Below are positions 9,240 to 17,412 of a stretch of DNA of 32,000 nucleotides, piece by piece. The notes under the pieces are model-generated. The model saw only the letters and a list, made by a program, of their open reading frames with translations, had not been told where the DNA came from and ran no database searches. The stretch covers positions 4,650,001 through 4,682,000 of the forward strand of contig NZ_CP021983.2 of NCBI RefSeq assembly GCF_002075285.3. The letters run 5' to 3'. Position 1 is the first letter of the stretch; every line of letters starts with the position of its first letter. A program made the translations under genes and the position numbers. Origin of the DNA: Halomicronema hongdechloris C2206. GTDB lineage: Bacteria > Cyanobacteriota > Cyanobacteriia > Phormidesmidales > Phormidesmidaceae.

Positions 9240-10071
9240 TCCTCCAAAAACTGTGAGAACAAAATGGCCAAATGAGTTTAGTTAATGTTTGTCAGGGCTA
9301 TAAAGAGCAGGAATAAGGCAAGGTTGGACACGAGATGAATCGTTACGGCGCTTATCTAAGGCGCTTATCTAAGGCGCTTATACAGCTCTCACTGAATAGG
9401 CTAAAGCTTAGGATACTAAAGCTTGATAATAGGGGTGTCACTACTCAAGTTGAGTCTGGAGAAATAGGGAATAATGCCTGAGCATTGGCAACCCGAAAAA
9501 GCGCAACCCAAGGATTATCTCTGCAGAGAGTCGTGTTGAATTGAATCGGTGAAAGGCTGGCATTGGTCTTAGGTGACACGTGATTGACAAAGATACACTG
9601 CTCTAGCCGTTTGGATCAGGGAGATAGCTGGTTTAGCCGGTCTTTCGAGAAGAGGGTGATCAGCCCTAGAGGGCCATCGCAAGCGTCATATCAGATGTTA
9701 CCTGTCATCGACGTTGACATTTGTTACCAAGGCACTAAGAAATACTACAGGCTCCGAAAAAATTTGAATCTGACAGCCATGAATTACTGCCGTAGTTTAA
9801 AGGATGAATTTTAAAGCAGCCTATCCAGTTCAACTGATTGGCTACACAGATACCTTTCTATTTTATCAGCATATCCGTTTAGGCTAAGCCCTATCTGAAA
9901 CAAGTACTGGATCTCTTAGCTTTGCTGACGTAGACACCGATGTTCAGGTCATGCCTCTCCTGAAATTGGCCCAAAACAGTTCATGCGTATTGTTCACCCG
10001 TGGGGACAATCAGGGCTGTTTACTGGCTCACTAGTCACTGGCTCGCTATACACTACTAGAGCCCCCTTCTA
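9240..10071. other. about 830-bp AT-richer gene-free region upstream of the ECF transporter genes
   Basis: No convincing ORF is present; the only track ORF (9584..9814) starts at TTG and has no protein-like features. The region is visibly less GC-rich than its flanks and contains short tandem repeats. Confidence 0.6.
9347..9383. repeat. 13-nt tandem repeat GGCGCTTATCTAA, about 2.8 copies
   Basis: Read directly: ggcgcttatctaa ggcgcttatctaa ggcgcttatac. Confidence 0.85.
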
Positions 10072-10617
10072 GTGACTTGGCCGATGAAGAGTCCTTGGAG
10101 TTTGCGCGACTACGTCTTTGCCGTATTCATGACCATCGGCATGGTGGCCTCTGTGTTTGTGATTGGGCCACTAGTGCCGCCGTTTCTACAACTGGTGGCC
10201 TGGGCTCCCCTGGGCGGCATCTTTCTCACCTTAGGGATGGCCCGCCTACAGCGGCGAGGCAGTGTCGCCCTGATGATCTGGCCCCTGGCGCTGCTGTTGG
10301 CCCCGATTTCTCCGGCCATTACCCTCTACCTGTTTCTCACCTCCCTGGTGACCGAGGCGGTAGTCTTCCTGCGCGGTAACTATCGAGTCAAGGGCAACCG
10401 GCTTCTGGGCACGGTGGTGTTCTTCGTCAGTGCCACGGTGATTGGCCTGATCAGTGCCGGGCTGATGCTGGGGGATGCCTTCGCCGAGCTACTGACCAAA
10501 CCCTGGTTGCTGGGCGGGTTGGCCGTCGCCGCCGGGATCACGGGCACCATCGGTTGGTGGTTGGGAGAAAACATCGTCAGCCAGTTGCGGCGAGCCGGCA
10601 AACTCGATGCGGAGTAA
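10072..10617 (+). CDS. putative ECF-transporter substrate-capture (S) component
   Basis: The track start at 10072 is GTG, with an alternative ATG at 10084. The product is a roughly 180-aa, very hydrophobic protein with 5-6 TM helices and a basic C-terminus. It sits next to ECF T and fused A components. It weakly resembles YkoE/MptD-type S components (TEAVVFLRGNYRVKG; C-terminal QLRRAGKL), from memory only. Confidence 0.6.
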   Translation: MTWPMKSPWSLRDYVFAVFMTIGMVASVFVIGPLVPPFLQLVAWAPLGGIFLTLGMARLQRRGSVALMIWPLALLLAPISPAITLYLFLTSLVTEAVVFLRGNYRVKGNRLLGTVVFFVSATVIGLISAGLMLGDAFAELLTKPWLLGGLAVAAGITGTIGWWLGENIVSQLRRAGKLDAE

Positions 10618-10954
10618 GGGCGATCATCAGAACAGCCGTTAACATTAGCTGAGTCAAGGTCACGGAGATGCGCCGCGACACCTCATGACCATCACGGACC
10701 CAGGCAGTCGTAACAATAGGGCGGGTCTCTGACTGACCAACAAGTTCAGTGCCCCAGACCACATGGTCAGCCGGCACATGCTTAATCAGTTCCAAAAACA
10801 GAGCCTTAGCGATGCTAAGGTTCTCATCACTCTCGGGCGGCATCTCGATCAGCGTCCCATCGACGAGTTCATGGCGGGTATCAGTCTCTGTGTCTCGGGA
10901 GAGATACGCCTCCATGGTCAAATAAGTGGTGTCGGCTGAGATCAGGGAGCCCAT
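10577..10954 (-). pseudogene. Uma2 (DUF820) family endonuclease fragment
   Basis: The N-terminal roughly 85 aa match the Uma2 pattern (MEAYLSRDTETDTRHELVDGTLIEMPPESDENLSIAKALFLEL). The remainder is not protein-like and overlaps the 3' end of the S-component gene. Full-length Uma2 proteins are about 190 aa or longer. Confidence 0.55.
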
Positions 10955-10972
10955 GGTGGTGATTGCCTGGCA

Positions 10973-11767
10973 ATGACGGCCACTATGTCAATGCTACAGC
11001 AAGGGTCAGCCGGTATGATTGATGGGACTGGCAGCCAAATACCGCCCATGGCATCGGTGAGAGGGGCAATGCAGGTAAGTCAACACGCCCATGGCTATCG
11101 CGGCTGCCTCAGCCCGATTAATCCCTTCCTGAAGATGGGGCTGAGCCTGGTGTTAATGAGTCTGGCCCTGGTGCTGGACCGCCTGGTGGCCATGGGGATC
11201 CTGGTGGGAGGATTGCTGCTGCTGTTGGGGCAGTTTAAGCTGCGGCCACTGCTGCTGGGGTATGGCCTGCTGACCCTGCTGGGGTTTGCCCTGGCCTCGG
11301 CCTGGCTCTTGGCAGAGCCCTCTGAGGCTGCTTTTAGTACCCTGAGGTTACTGGCGATTCTGCTGCCGGCCCCGATCCTGGCCCTGTCTACTCCGGCGGC
11401 CGATCTGATTCGAGCCCTGCAAACGCTGCCGTTGCCTAGCTTTTTGACCCTGAGTGTGATGCTGATTTGGCGATTTTTTCCCCTGATCCAGCAGGAGTTG
11501 CAGCGGATTTGGGAGGCCAATCAATTACGCGGCATCGATCTCAGCCGCCGTCCAGGGCAGTGGTTTTCTGGCTTGATGGTGCCGTTGGTGTTTCAAATGG
11601 TGTCCTATGCCGATGAGGTCACCATTGGCTTGCAAACCCGGGGCTATGCCCCGGATGCTCCCCGCAGCTGCAGTAAACCGCTGGGTTGGCACTGGCGCGA
11701 CACGCTTTTCTGTGTCGGGGCGCTGCTGTGGTTGGGGCTGATTGGCTACGGCGAGTGGGGCGGGTAG
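10973..11767 (+). CDS. ECF transporter transmembrane (T) component, CbiQ/EcfT family
   Basis: Multi-TM protein with the conserved cytoplasmic coupling region (LIWRFFPLIQQELQRIWEANQLRGID ... ADEVTIGLQTRGY). The start codon is uncertain because there are several upstream Met codons. Confidence 0.8.
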   Translation: MTATMSMLQQGSAGMIDGTGSQIPPMASVRGAMQVSQHAHGYRGCLSPINPFLKMGLSLVLMSLALVLDRLVAMGILVGGLLLLLGQFKLRPLLLGYGLLTLLGFALASAWLLAEPSEAAFSTLRLLAILLPAPILALSTPAADLIRALQTLPLPSFLTLSVMLIWRFFPLIQQELQRIWEANQLRGIDLSRRPGQWFSGLMVPLVFQMVSYADEVTIGLQTRGYAPDAPRSCSKPLGWHWRDTLFCVGALLWLGLIGYGEWGG

Positions 11768-11789
11768 GGAATGACCTGGTGTTGTATCC

Positions 11790-13181
11790 ATGCCTCGACT
11801 GCCTATGGCGCCTGATGCGATGACGACCTCACCGCTGCTCCAGGTGGCGAATCTTGCCTTCACCTACATCGGCCAGCCTGGGCCAACGCTACACGACGTG
11901 CATCTGACCCTCCAGGCTGGAGAGTTGGTGGTGCTGGCGGGGGCCACGGGCAGTGGCAAGAGCACCTTGCTGAATTGCCTCACCGGCATCGCCCCGGACC
12001 ATACGGGGGGTCGCCTGTCCGGACAGGTGCTCTACCGGGGCCAAGATATTACCGCCTGGTCGATGCGGATGCGATCGCAAGTCATGGGCATTTTGCTGCA
12101 GAACGTCGAGACCCAGCTATTTACGGACCAGGTGTGGGAAGAGCTGGTCTTCGGCCTGGAAAACTGGAACCTGCCGCCGGGGGAGATCCAGGCCCTGGCC
12201 CAGACGGCCCTGGCCGACTTCGATCTGGTGGCTCAGCGACACTGGCCCATTGCCCGTCTGTCGGCGGGGCAAAAGCAGCGATTACTCCTGGCCTGTCTGC
12301 TCACCCGCCAGCCTGACCTGCTGCTGCTGGACGAACCCTTCGCCTTTCTGGATACCGCCGGGGTGAAGCAATTGCTGCGGCTGTTGCGGCGCCGAGTGCA
12401 GCGGGGGCAAACCGTCGTGCTGATCGAGCATCGGCTGGAGCTGTTGCAAGGGATATGCGATCGCGCCTATCGAGTCGAGGCCGGCACGGTTTGCCCCATG
12501 GCGGTCTCGGAGTTGGCCGCGGCGACGGTCTCGCTGCCTCCCCTGACTTCACGGCCCCGGCAAGTAGCTCGGGGACCTACGACTCCCCCTGTCCTGCAAA
12601 CCCATGGCCTTAGCTGGGGCGGCTATCCGGCTTTCCCAGACCTCAAGGTTTTCCCCGGCGACATCGTGCTGCTGCAGGGGGATAATGGCTGCGGCAAAAC
12701 CACCCTGCTGAAACTTCTGAGTGGCTTGCTCAAACCCAGCAGCGGCCGCATCTGGCTCCAGGGCCGAGAGGTCACCGGCCAGCGGGTGGTGCAAAGGTCT
12801 CAGACCGTGGGCTTCGTGCTGCAAAATCCCAATCACCAGCTGTTTGCCGACAGTGTCGCCGCCGAGTTGCATCAACCCGGGGTCGCCCCCGCCCAGGCCC
12901 AGGCCTTGCTGCAGCAGTTGAATTTGACCCCCTGCCGAGATCAGCATCCCCGGGCCTTGTCCCAGGGGCAGAAGCGCCAGTTAGCGTTGGGAGCGGTCCT
13001 GGCCCGGCAACCCCAGGTCTGTCTGCTGGATGAAATCATGGTGGGCCAGGATGCCACCTCGCTGGCGTTGATGCTGGAGACGCTGAAAACCTTTACCGAC
13101 CAGGGGGGTGCCCTGATTTTTACCTCCCACGATGGGGCCATAGCCACGGCCCTGGCCCCTGAGATCATTGCCATTGGCTGA
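11790..13181 (+). CDS. ECF transporter ATPase, two fused ABC domains
   Basis: Two Walker A motifs (GATGSGKST, GDNGCGKTT), two ABC signatures (LSAGQKQR, LSQGQKRQ) and two Walker B motifs (LLLLDEP, VCLLDEI). Confidence 0.92.
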   Translation: MPRLPMAPDAMTTSPLLQVANLAFTYIGQPGPTLHDVHLTLQAGELVVLAGATGSGKSTLLNCLTGIAPDHTGGRLSGQVLYRGQDITAWSMRMRSQVMGILLQNVETQLFTDQVWEELVFGLENWNLPPGEIQALAQTALADFDLVAQRHWPIARLSAGQKQRLLLACLLTRQPDLLLLDEPFAFLDTAGVKQLLRLLRRRVQRGQTVVLIEHRLELLQGICDRAYRVEAGTVCPMAVSELAAATVSLPPLTSRPRQVARGPTTPPVLQTHGLSWGGYPAFPDLKVFPGDIVLLQGDNGCGKTTLLKLLSGLLKPSSGRIWLQGREVTGQRVVQRSQTVGFVLQNPNHQLFADSVAAELHQPGVAPAQAQALLQQLNLTPCRDQHPRALSQGQKRQLALGAVLARQPQVCLLDEIMVGQDATSLALMLETLKTFTDQGGALIFTSHDGAIATALAPEIIAIG

Positions 13182-13281
13182 GAGTTAGCTCTCCCAATTC
13201 CCTCGCGGTTTACGTTGCCTCCCGTATCCCCTTGACAAGAAGGGGTAGGGAGCAGCGAATAGCCAAGCTTGATGCCCCGCC

Positions 13282-13287
13282 TATAAT
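13282..13287 (+). promoter_or_regulatory. candidate -10 hexamer TATAAT for the 13364 gene
   Basis: A perfect TATAAT lies 76 nt upstream of the ATG at 13364, with a weak -35-like TAGCCA 16 nt upstream of it. A perfect TTGACA at 13232-13237 is too far away (44 nt) to pair with it. Confidence 0.2.
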
Positions 13288-13363
13288 CGGGAAAGAGACC
13301 GGTTGCAGCGGACATTGATCCAACCCCCCGGCAATCTTCCCTAACGCTTATCCCATCCACACC

Positions 13364-13864
13364 ATGGCCAAATCCGATCCCGCCGTCCTCAAAAGCGTCA
13401 CCGTCAGCCTGCCCTTTGGCATTGGCTCTGCCGCCTGGGAAGCAGACCCCACCGAACGCAACGCCGCCTGGGAACTCTACATCGAACTGGTGACCCGGGT
13501 AGCGGTGCAGTCCCTGGCCACCGAGGTGGGGACGGTGCGGGAAGCCATGAACTCTCTCTACAGTTTGTTTGGCTCCACCCGGGAAATCCTCCGCAAAGCC
13601 GGACCCCAGGTCGGGGCTTCGAAGGATTCGGTGGGGGGCATCGCCATCGCCGTGCTGAATAATGGCCTGCGCCCGTTTCTATCCAAGTGGCACCCGTTGT
13701 TGCAGGCCTGGGAGGTGAAGAAACCGGCTGACCTCAGCCCCCAGGCCCATGAAAAAGCCTGGGAGCAAGAGCCGGTGCTGCGGCAAGAGTTAGAAGCCCT
13801 GCGCCGCGATCTGGAGCAATATGCCGATGCCTTGGCCGATATTGCCGGTGTCCAGCATGACTGA
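13364..13864 (+). CDS. hypothetical soluble, predicted all-helical protein
   Basis: 166-codon ORF with good coding appearance and no TM segment. No family was recognised. It contains LRPFLSKWH, an R-x6-H spacing. Confidence 0.65.
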   Translation: MAKSDPAVLKSVTVSLPFGIGSAAWEADPTERNAAWELYIELVTRVAVQSLATEVGTVREAMNSLYSLFGSTREILRKAGPQVGASKDSVGGIAIAVLNNGLRPFLSKWHPLLQAWEVKKPADLSPQAHEKAWEQEPVLRQELEALRRDLEQYADALADIAGVQHD

Positions 13865-13891
13865 TTAAGGGGCTGCCCTATCGTGCCGGTC

Positions 13892-14605
13892 TCAGAGTTG
13901 ACTGGGATCGATACCGAGTTCCCGGAGTTTGGCAAAGGCGCGATCGCGTTCTTGCTGAGCCCGATCGCGTTCTTGCTGAGCCCGATCACGCTCCTCGATA
14001 ACCGCTTCCGGATCCTGGAAGGGGGTCCCGTTTGGATAGTAGACCGCTAAACCCTGGTCGGATAGATCGAAGCGAATGCCTAAGGTGGGAGAGGTCCAGG
14101 GAAAATTGAGCGGCAGAATGGGCGCAAACCCCTGCTCTGGAGTGGTGCGCACCAGTCCCCAGAAGTCAAAGGAGTCTGGGTCATAGAAGAACATTTCCAA
14201 CACACCGTACTTTCCATAGAAGGCCTGTTTAGCCAGCATTTCCCGAGCACTATTGTTGGGCGACAGAATTTCAAAGACCACCTGCGGCGCAATATTGTCT
14301 TCTTCCCATTGTTTATAACTGCCCCGGTCACCGTCAGGGCGGCCTAACACCACCATGACATCAGGCGCCTGAGCCGGAGCCGGCGGTGTCTCGACCGGAA
14401 TGGGATACCACAGTAGATCTCCTGCCACGAAGGCGGTTTGGTCTTTGAGTAACCGCTTAAGATTGGTGACCAGACGGACAATCCAGCGATATTGGATTGT
14501 GTTGTCAGCCATGGGGTTACCGTCTGAGTCCGGATAGAGAATTTGGGGAGCGATGGGACTATGAACCATAGACGGCCCCTTGGTTGCAGACGAGTACAGC
14601 CCCAT
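13892..14605 (-). CDS. Uma2 (DUF820) family endonuclease with repeated ERDRAQQ tail
   Basis: Matches include YPDSDGNPMADNT, PDVMVVLGRP and VVFEILSPNNSAREM (PD-(D/E)xK-like E-x-S/K context). The likely start is ATG at 14569 (MVHSPIAPQ). The C-terminus reads ERDRAQQERDRAQQERDRAFAKLRELGIDP. Confidence 0.85.
   Translation of the reverse strand: MGLYSSATKGPSMVHSPIAPQILYPDSDGNPMADNTIQYRWIVRLVTNLKRLLKDQTAFVAGDLLWYPIPVETPPAPAQAPDVMVVLGRPDGDRGSYKQWEEDNIAPQVVFEILSPNNSAREMLAKQAFYGKYGVLEMFFYDPDSFDFWGLVRTTPEQGFAPILPLNFPWTSPTLGIRFDLSDQGLAVYYPNGTPFQDPEAVIEERDRAQQERDRAQQERDRAFAKLRELGIDPSQL
13931..13989. repeat. 21-nt tandem repeat (about 2.8 copies) encoding the ERDRAQQ heptads
   Basis: cgatcgcgttcttgctgagcc appears twice, followed by a diverged partial copy. 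The first copy begins inside a HIP1 site. Confidence 0.8.
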
Positions 14606-14710
14606 TGTATCTAGGCAGTGACGCCTGAGCAGTTCATAGCGTTCTTGTAGAGGGGGGAAGGGTTAGACTTTGGACAGAATGGAGCCGGACTAGACAGGAG
14701 CAGTTGACGG

Positions 14711-15577
14711 ATGGCGGAGCAGCAATTTGATGTTTTCCTCGCCCATAGCAGCAAGGATAAGCGGCTCATTCGGCAAATCTACCGGCAGCTCAAAGCACGA
14801 GGCATTCGACCCTGGCTTGATGAAGAGGAGATTGCTCCCGGCACTAGGTTCGCAGACGAGATTCAACAGGCTATTGGTCAGATCAAATCCGCAGCTGTTT
14901 GTATTGGTCAGAGTGGATTAGGCCGCTGGCAGGTCTTAGAACTGGAGGCATTCATCAGACGCTGCGTCGAGCGAGATATCCGAGTGATTCCAGTGTTATT
15001 GCCTGGGGTTGACCGTATTCCAGATAATCTAATCTTCCTTGGCGGGTTTCATGCTGTGCCGTTTTCAACGGATATCAACGATGAGAGAGCCCTGTCTCAA
15101 CTGGTGTGGGGTATCACTGGACAAAAGCCGACCCGAGAGCCTAACAATTCTCACTCTGAGGCCGCTCCTGTTTTAGAACCAGATGATCTCAGCTCCGAAA
15201 AAGGCATTGACTATACTCACCTGCGGGACCTGCTGGCAGCAGGGGACTGGAAAGCGGCGGATCAGGAAACGGCGGATCGCATGCTTGACGCCATGGGTAA
15301 GAGCAGTTGGGGCAATGTTCCCAGCAAGGATCTACTGAACTTTCCCTGCGCTGACTTAAAGACAATCGATCGGCTCTGGGTGAAATACAGCCAGGGACAA
15401 TTTGGTTTTAGCGTGCAGAAGGATATCTACGTGGAGTGCGGGGCAAAACTCGACGGCGAATACCCAGGTGATGCGATTTGGGGCACGTTCTGCGATCGCA
15501 TCGGCTGGCGAAGAGGAGGCCAGTACATCTCCTACTCTGATGGGATATTTGACACCTCCGCACCACAAACTGTATAG
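14711..15577 (+). CDS. TIR domain - GUN4 domain fusion protein
   Basis: N-terminal TIR motifs: FDVFLAHSSKDK, LDEEEIAPG and RWQVLELEAF (candidate catalytic Glu). C-terminal GUN4 motifs: DYTHLRDLLAAGDWKAADQETADRML, NFPCADLKTIDRLWVKYSQGQFGFSVQKDIY and IGWRRGGQYISY. Confidence 0.9.
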   Translation: MAEQQFDVFLAHSSKDKRLIRQIYRQLKARGIRPWLDEEEIAPGTRFADEIQQAIGQIKSAAVCIGQSGLGRWQVLELEAFIRRCVERDIRVIPVLLPGVDRIPDNLIFLGGFHAVPFSTDINDERALSQLVWGITGQKPTREPNNSHSEAAPVLEPDDLSSEKGIDYTHLRDLLAAGDWKAADQETADRMLDAMGKSSWGNVPSKDLLNFPCADLKTIDRLWVKYSQGQFGFSVQKDIYVECGAKLDGEYPGDAIWGTFCDRIGWRRGGQYISYSDGIFDTSAPQTV

Positions 15578-15596
15578 CCCATGATTGAGGCCCAGC

Positions 15597-15839
15597 ATGG
15601 AAGTTCAGATTCAACGATGGGGAAACACGGTTGGAGTCCAAATTCCGCAGCAAATTGCGGAAAGCTTTGGGATTGATGAACACTCCATTGTAGAGCTCAC
15701 AGAATCTGAAGGTGCTCTGGTGATCCGCAAAAGGGTCTCTGTCTCGACTCTGGAGGAGTTGCTGAACAGTATTCCTGAAGACTTTCAGTATCCAGATGAT
15801 GTTGCCGACTTTGTAGAAAGCTCATCTGTGGGTCAATAA
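15597..15839 (+). CDS. AbrB/MazE/SpoVT-family antitoxin-like DNA-binding protein, with no cognate toxin gene
   Basis: MEVQIQRWGNTVGVQIPQQIAESFGIDEHSIVELTESEGALVIRK is a typical swapped-hairpin MazE N-terminal domain. The track ORF starts at TTG 15585, but ATG 15597 is more likely. It starts 19 nt after the TIR-GUN4 stop. Confidence 0.8.
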   Translation: MEVQIQRWGNTVGVQIPQQIAESFGIDEHSIVELTESEGALVIRKRVSVSTLEELLNSIPEDFQYPDDVADFVESSSVGQ

Positions 15840-16401
15840 CTGCTATGCCTGTAACGCGACCCACGCTCCAGGCAGCGTTCAACTGTTCTCCTTCCGCCCC
15901 TTGTGGGAGGAAGCATGCCTTGAGCGCAGTCGTAGTGGGTAGGGTGGGCAATATCATTGAGTAATCTCAGCACAGGAAGATAATCTTTGATTGCCCACCA
16001 TGTTTCTCAAACGGTAGGCATTGAATAGTCTAATCTCTAGATTCAGTAATGCCCATGCTACAGCACTTTACCTCTGAGTGGCTGGCACAGGAGGTAGGTG
16101 TTGGACCGCTTTAGCATGTTCGATGTCATCAATGTAGGGCACATGCGATCGCACCTCGCCCTAGGCTAGATTGAGGCAAAGAAACCCAGCATTTCCTTTT
16201 GCTTGAACTATCGCGAAGAATGATATAGCGAGTTGGGGGCCCAAGTTGCCTGCAAAAACGATAGGAGCGGCGTGCTATGCCTCTCTCAGCTGAGGCGATT
16301 GACGAACGGGCTAGCGCCCATATTGAGGCGCAGCGGAATCCTCAACGGGGGAGGCCGCACCTAATACACAGAGTGCGATGCGATTGGGTGAAGTTGCTAG
16401 A

Positions 16402-17412
16402 CTAGCCCCGTTGCTGTTCCGCATAGGCGGCATAGACCCCCTGAACGTTGTACCAGTTGAGGAAGATGCGGGCCACTTCCAGGGCCAATTGAGGCTTACC
16501 CCGGTCGATCAACCACTGCAGCAGGGGGGCCAGGGTTTTCTCATTCAGCTGTCCCCCCAGGGTCAACACGCCCCAGAGCACCCGGTGCAGCCAGGTCATT
16601 TGAATCATCAGCCTTACATCCCAGGTGGGATGTTTTTGGTAGAACAACACCCCCATGCGGCCCCGTTGGATTTCTTGGTCGATGAGCTTGGGCACCTGGG
16701 CTAGGGAGAAGGGCGGATGCCAATGGTAGCCGACGGCGTCGGGACATTTAATCAAGGTGAGGCCTAGTTGTTTCAGGCGCACTCCCAATTCCAAATCTTC
16801 CCAGCCGTAGAGGGTGAATTGGGTGTCGAAGAGCCCTGCTTGCAATAACCAGTGCTTGGCAATGGCCACGTTGCCGGTGGCGAAGTAGGCCTGGGAAAAG
16901 TCGGTGACTTTATAGGGTTCTGAGGTGGGGTCGTCGAAGTTGCAGGTATTGATGACGCGGCCATAGGTGAAGACCCGCTGCCCCAACCGGGCCTGACCCT
17001 CGACTAGGGTGGCGGCATGGCACTGGAGGAAATCGGGCAGCACCACCAGGTCACTGTCGATGAAGACGATGTAGTCGCCCTGGGCCCGATGGACCCCCAG
17101 GTTGCGGGCAGCGGCGGGTCCCTGGTGATCTTGCTGTACCAGCCGGACATGGGGAAACTGGGCCGTCTCGGCGGTGAGCCAGGCGACGGTGCCGTCGGTA
17201 GAGCCATCATCCACCACGATGATCTCGTAGCCAGCCACCGGGGTTGGATCTGGAAACTGCTGCTGCTCCATGGCCCGCAGGCACTTCTCTAGGATGGGCT
17301 GGCGATTGTAGGTGGGAATGACGACGCTGATAAACACGATTCGCTCCTGACAAGCCACCCCCAATCCTAGCGCCTTGGGGCGATTTGGGGTATTCAGGTC
17401 GCTAGGTGCCAC
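16402..17412 (-). CDS. family 2 glycosyltransferase
   Basis: Contains VVIPTYNRQPILEKCL, IIVVDDGSTDGT and FIDSDL (DxD). Its start overlaps the 3' end of the upstream gene by 11 nt. Confidence 0.85.
   Translation of the reverse strand: MAPSDLNTPNRPKALGLGVACQERIVFISVVIPTYNRQPILEKCLRAMEQQQFPDPTPVAGYEIIVVDDGSTDGTVAWLTAETAQFPHVRLVQQDHQGPAAARNLGVHRAQGDYIVFIDSDLVVLPDFLQCHAATLVEGQARLGQRVFTYGRVINTCNFDDPTSEPYKVTDFSQAYFATGNVAIAKHWLLQAGLFDTQFTLYGWEDLELGVRLKQLGLTLIKCPDAVGYHWHPPFSLAQVPKLIDQEIQRGRMGVLFYQKHPTWDVRLMIQMTWLHRVLWGVLTLGGQLNEKTLAPLLQWLIDRGKPQLALEVARIFLNWYNVQGVYAAYAEQQRG

Noticed and set aside
9428-9500. TPP-riboswitch-like string upstream of the ECF genes: AGGGGTGTC, a small hairpin ACTCAAGTTGAGT, CTGGAGAAATA and GGAATAATGCC, compared with the thiM-type GGGGUGC...CUGAGAAAUA...GGAUAAUGCCAGCG.
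   Set aside because: CUGAGA carries an extra G. The ACCC / ACCUGAUCU segment that forms P2/P4 is missing. The element lies about 580 nt from the S-component start. This may be chance or a relic. Only a covariance-model scan (Rfam RF00059) could rescue it.
9540-9680. Cobalamin-riboswitch-like fragments (CGGTGAAAGGC, ACACTG, TAGCCGGTCT).
   Set aside because: The core CCCGC..CTGT and a proper B12 box (AGYCMGGAGACCKGCC) are absent. The resemblance is limited to short words.
9584-9814. 76-codon plus-strand ORF in the AT-richer gap.
   Set aside because: It starts at TTG, has no ribosome-binding context, and has an odd composition (Cys/Tyr/Arg-rich, no recognisable motif). It lies in DNA whose composition differs from all credible genes here.
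15840-16401. Search for a MazF/PemK toxin or any other gene downstream of the MazE-like gene. This included short ORFs MPVTRPTLQAAFNCSPSAPCGRKHALSAVVVGRVGNIIE (15846-15965, +) and MPLSAEAIDERASAHIEAQRNPQRGRPHLIHRVRCDWVKLLD (16277-16405, +), and a minus-strand fragment GEVRSHVPYIDDIEHAKAVQHLPPVPATQR.
   Set aside because: None resembles MazF or any family I recognise. All are under 45 codons. The region probably holds only gene debris and promoters.
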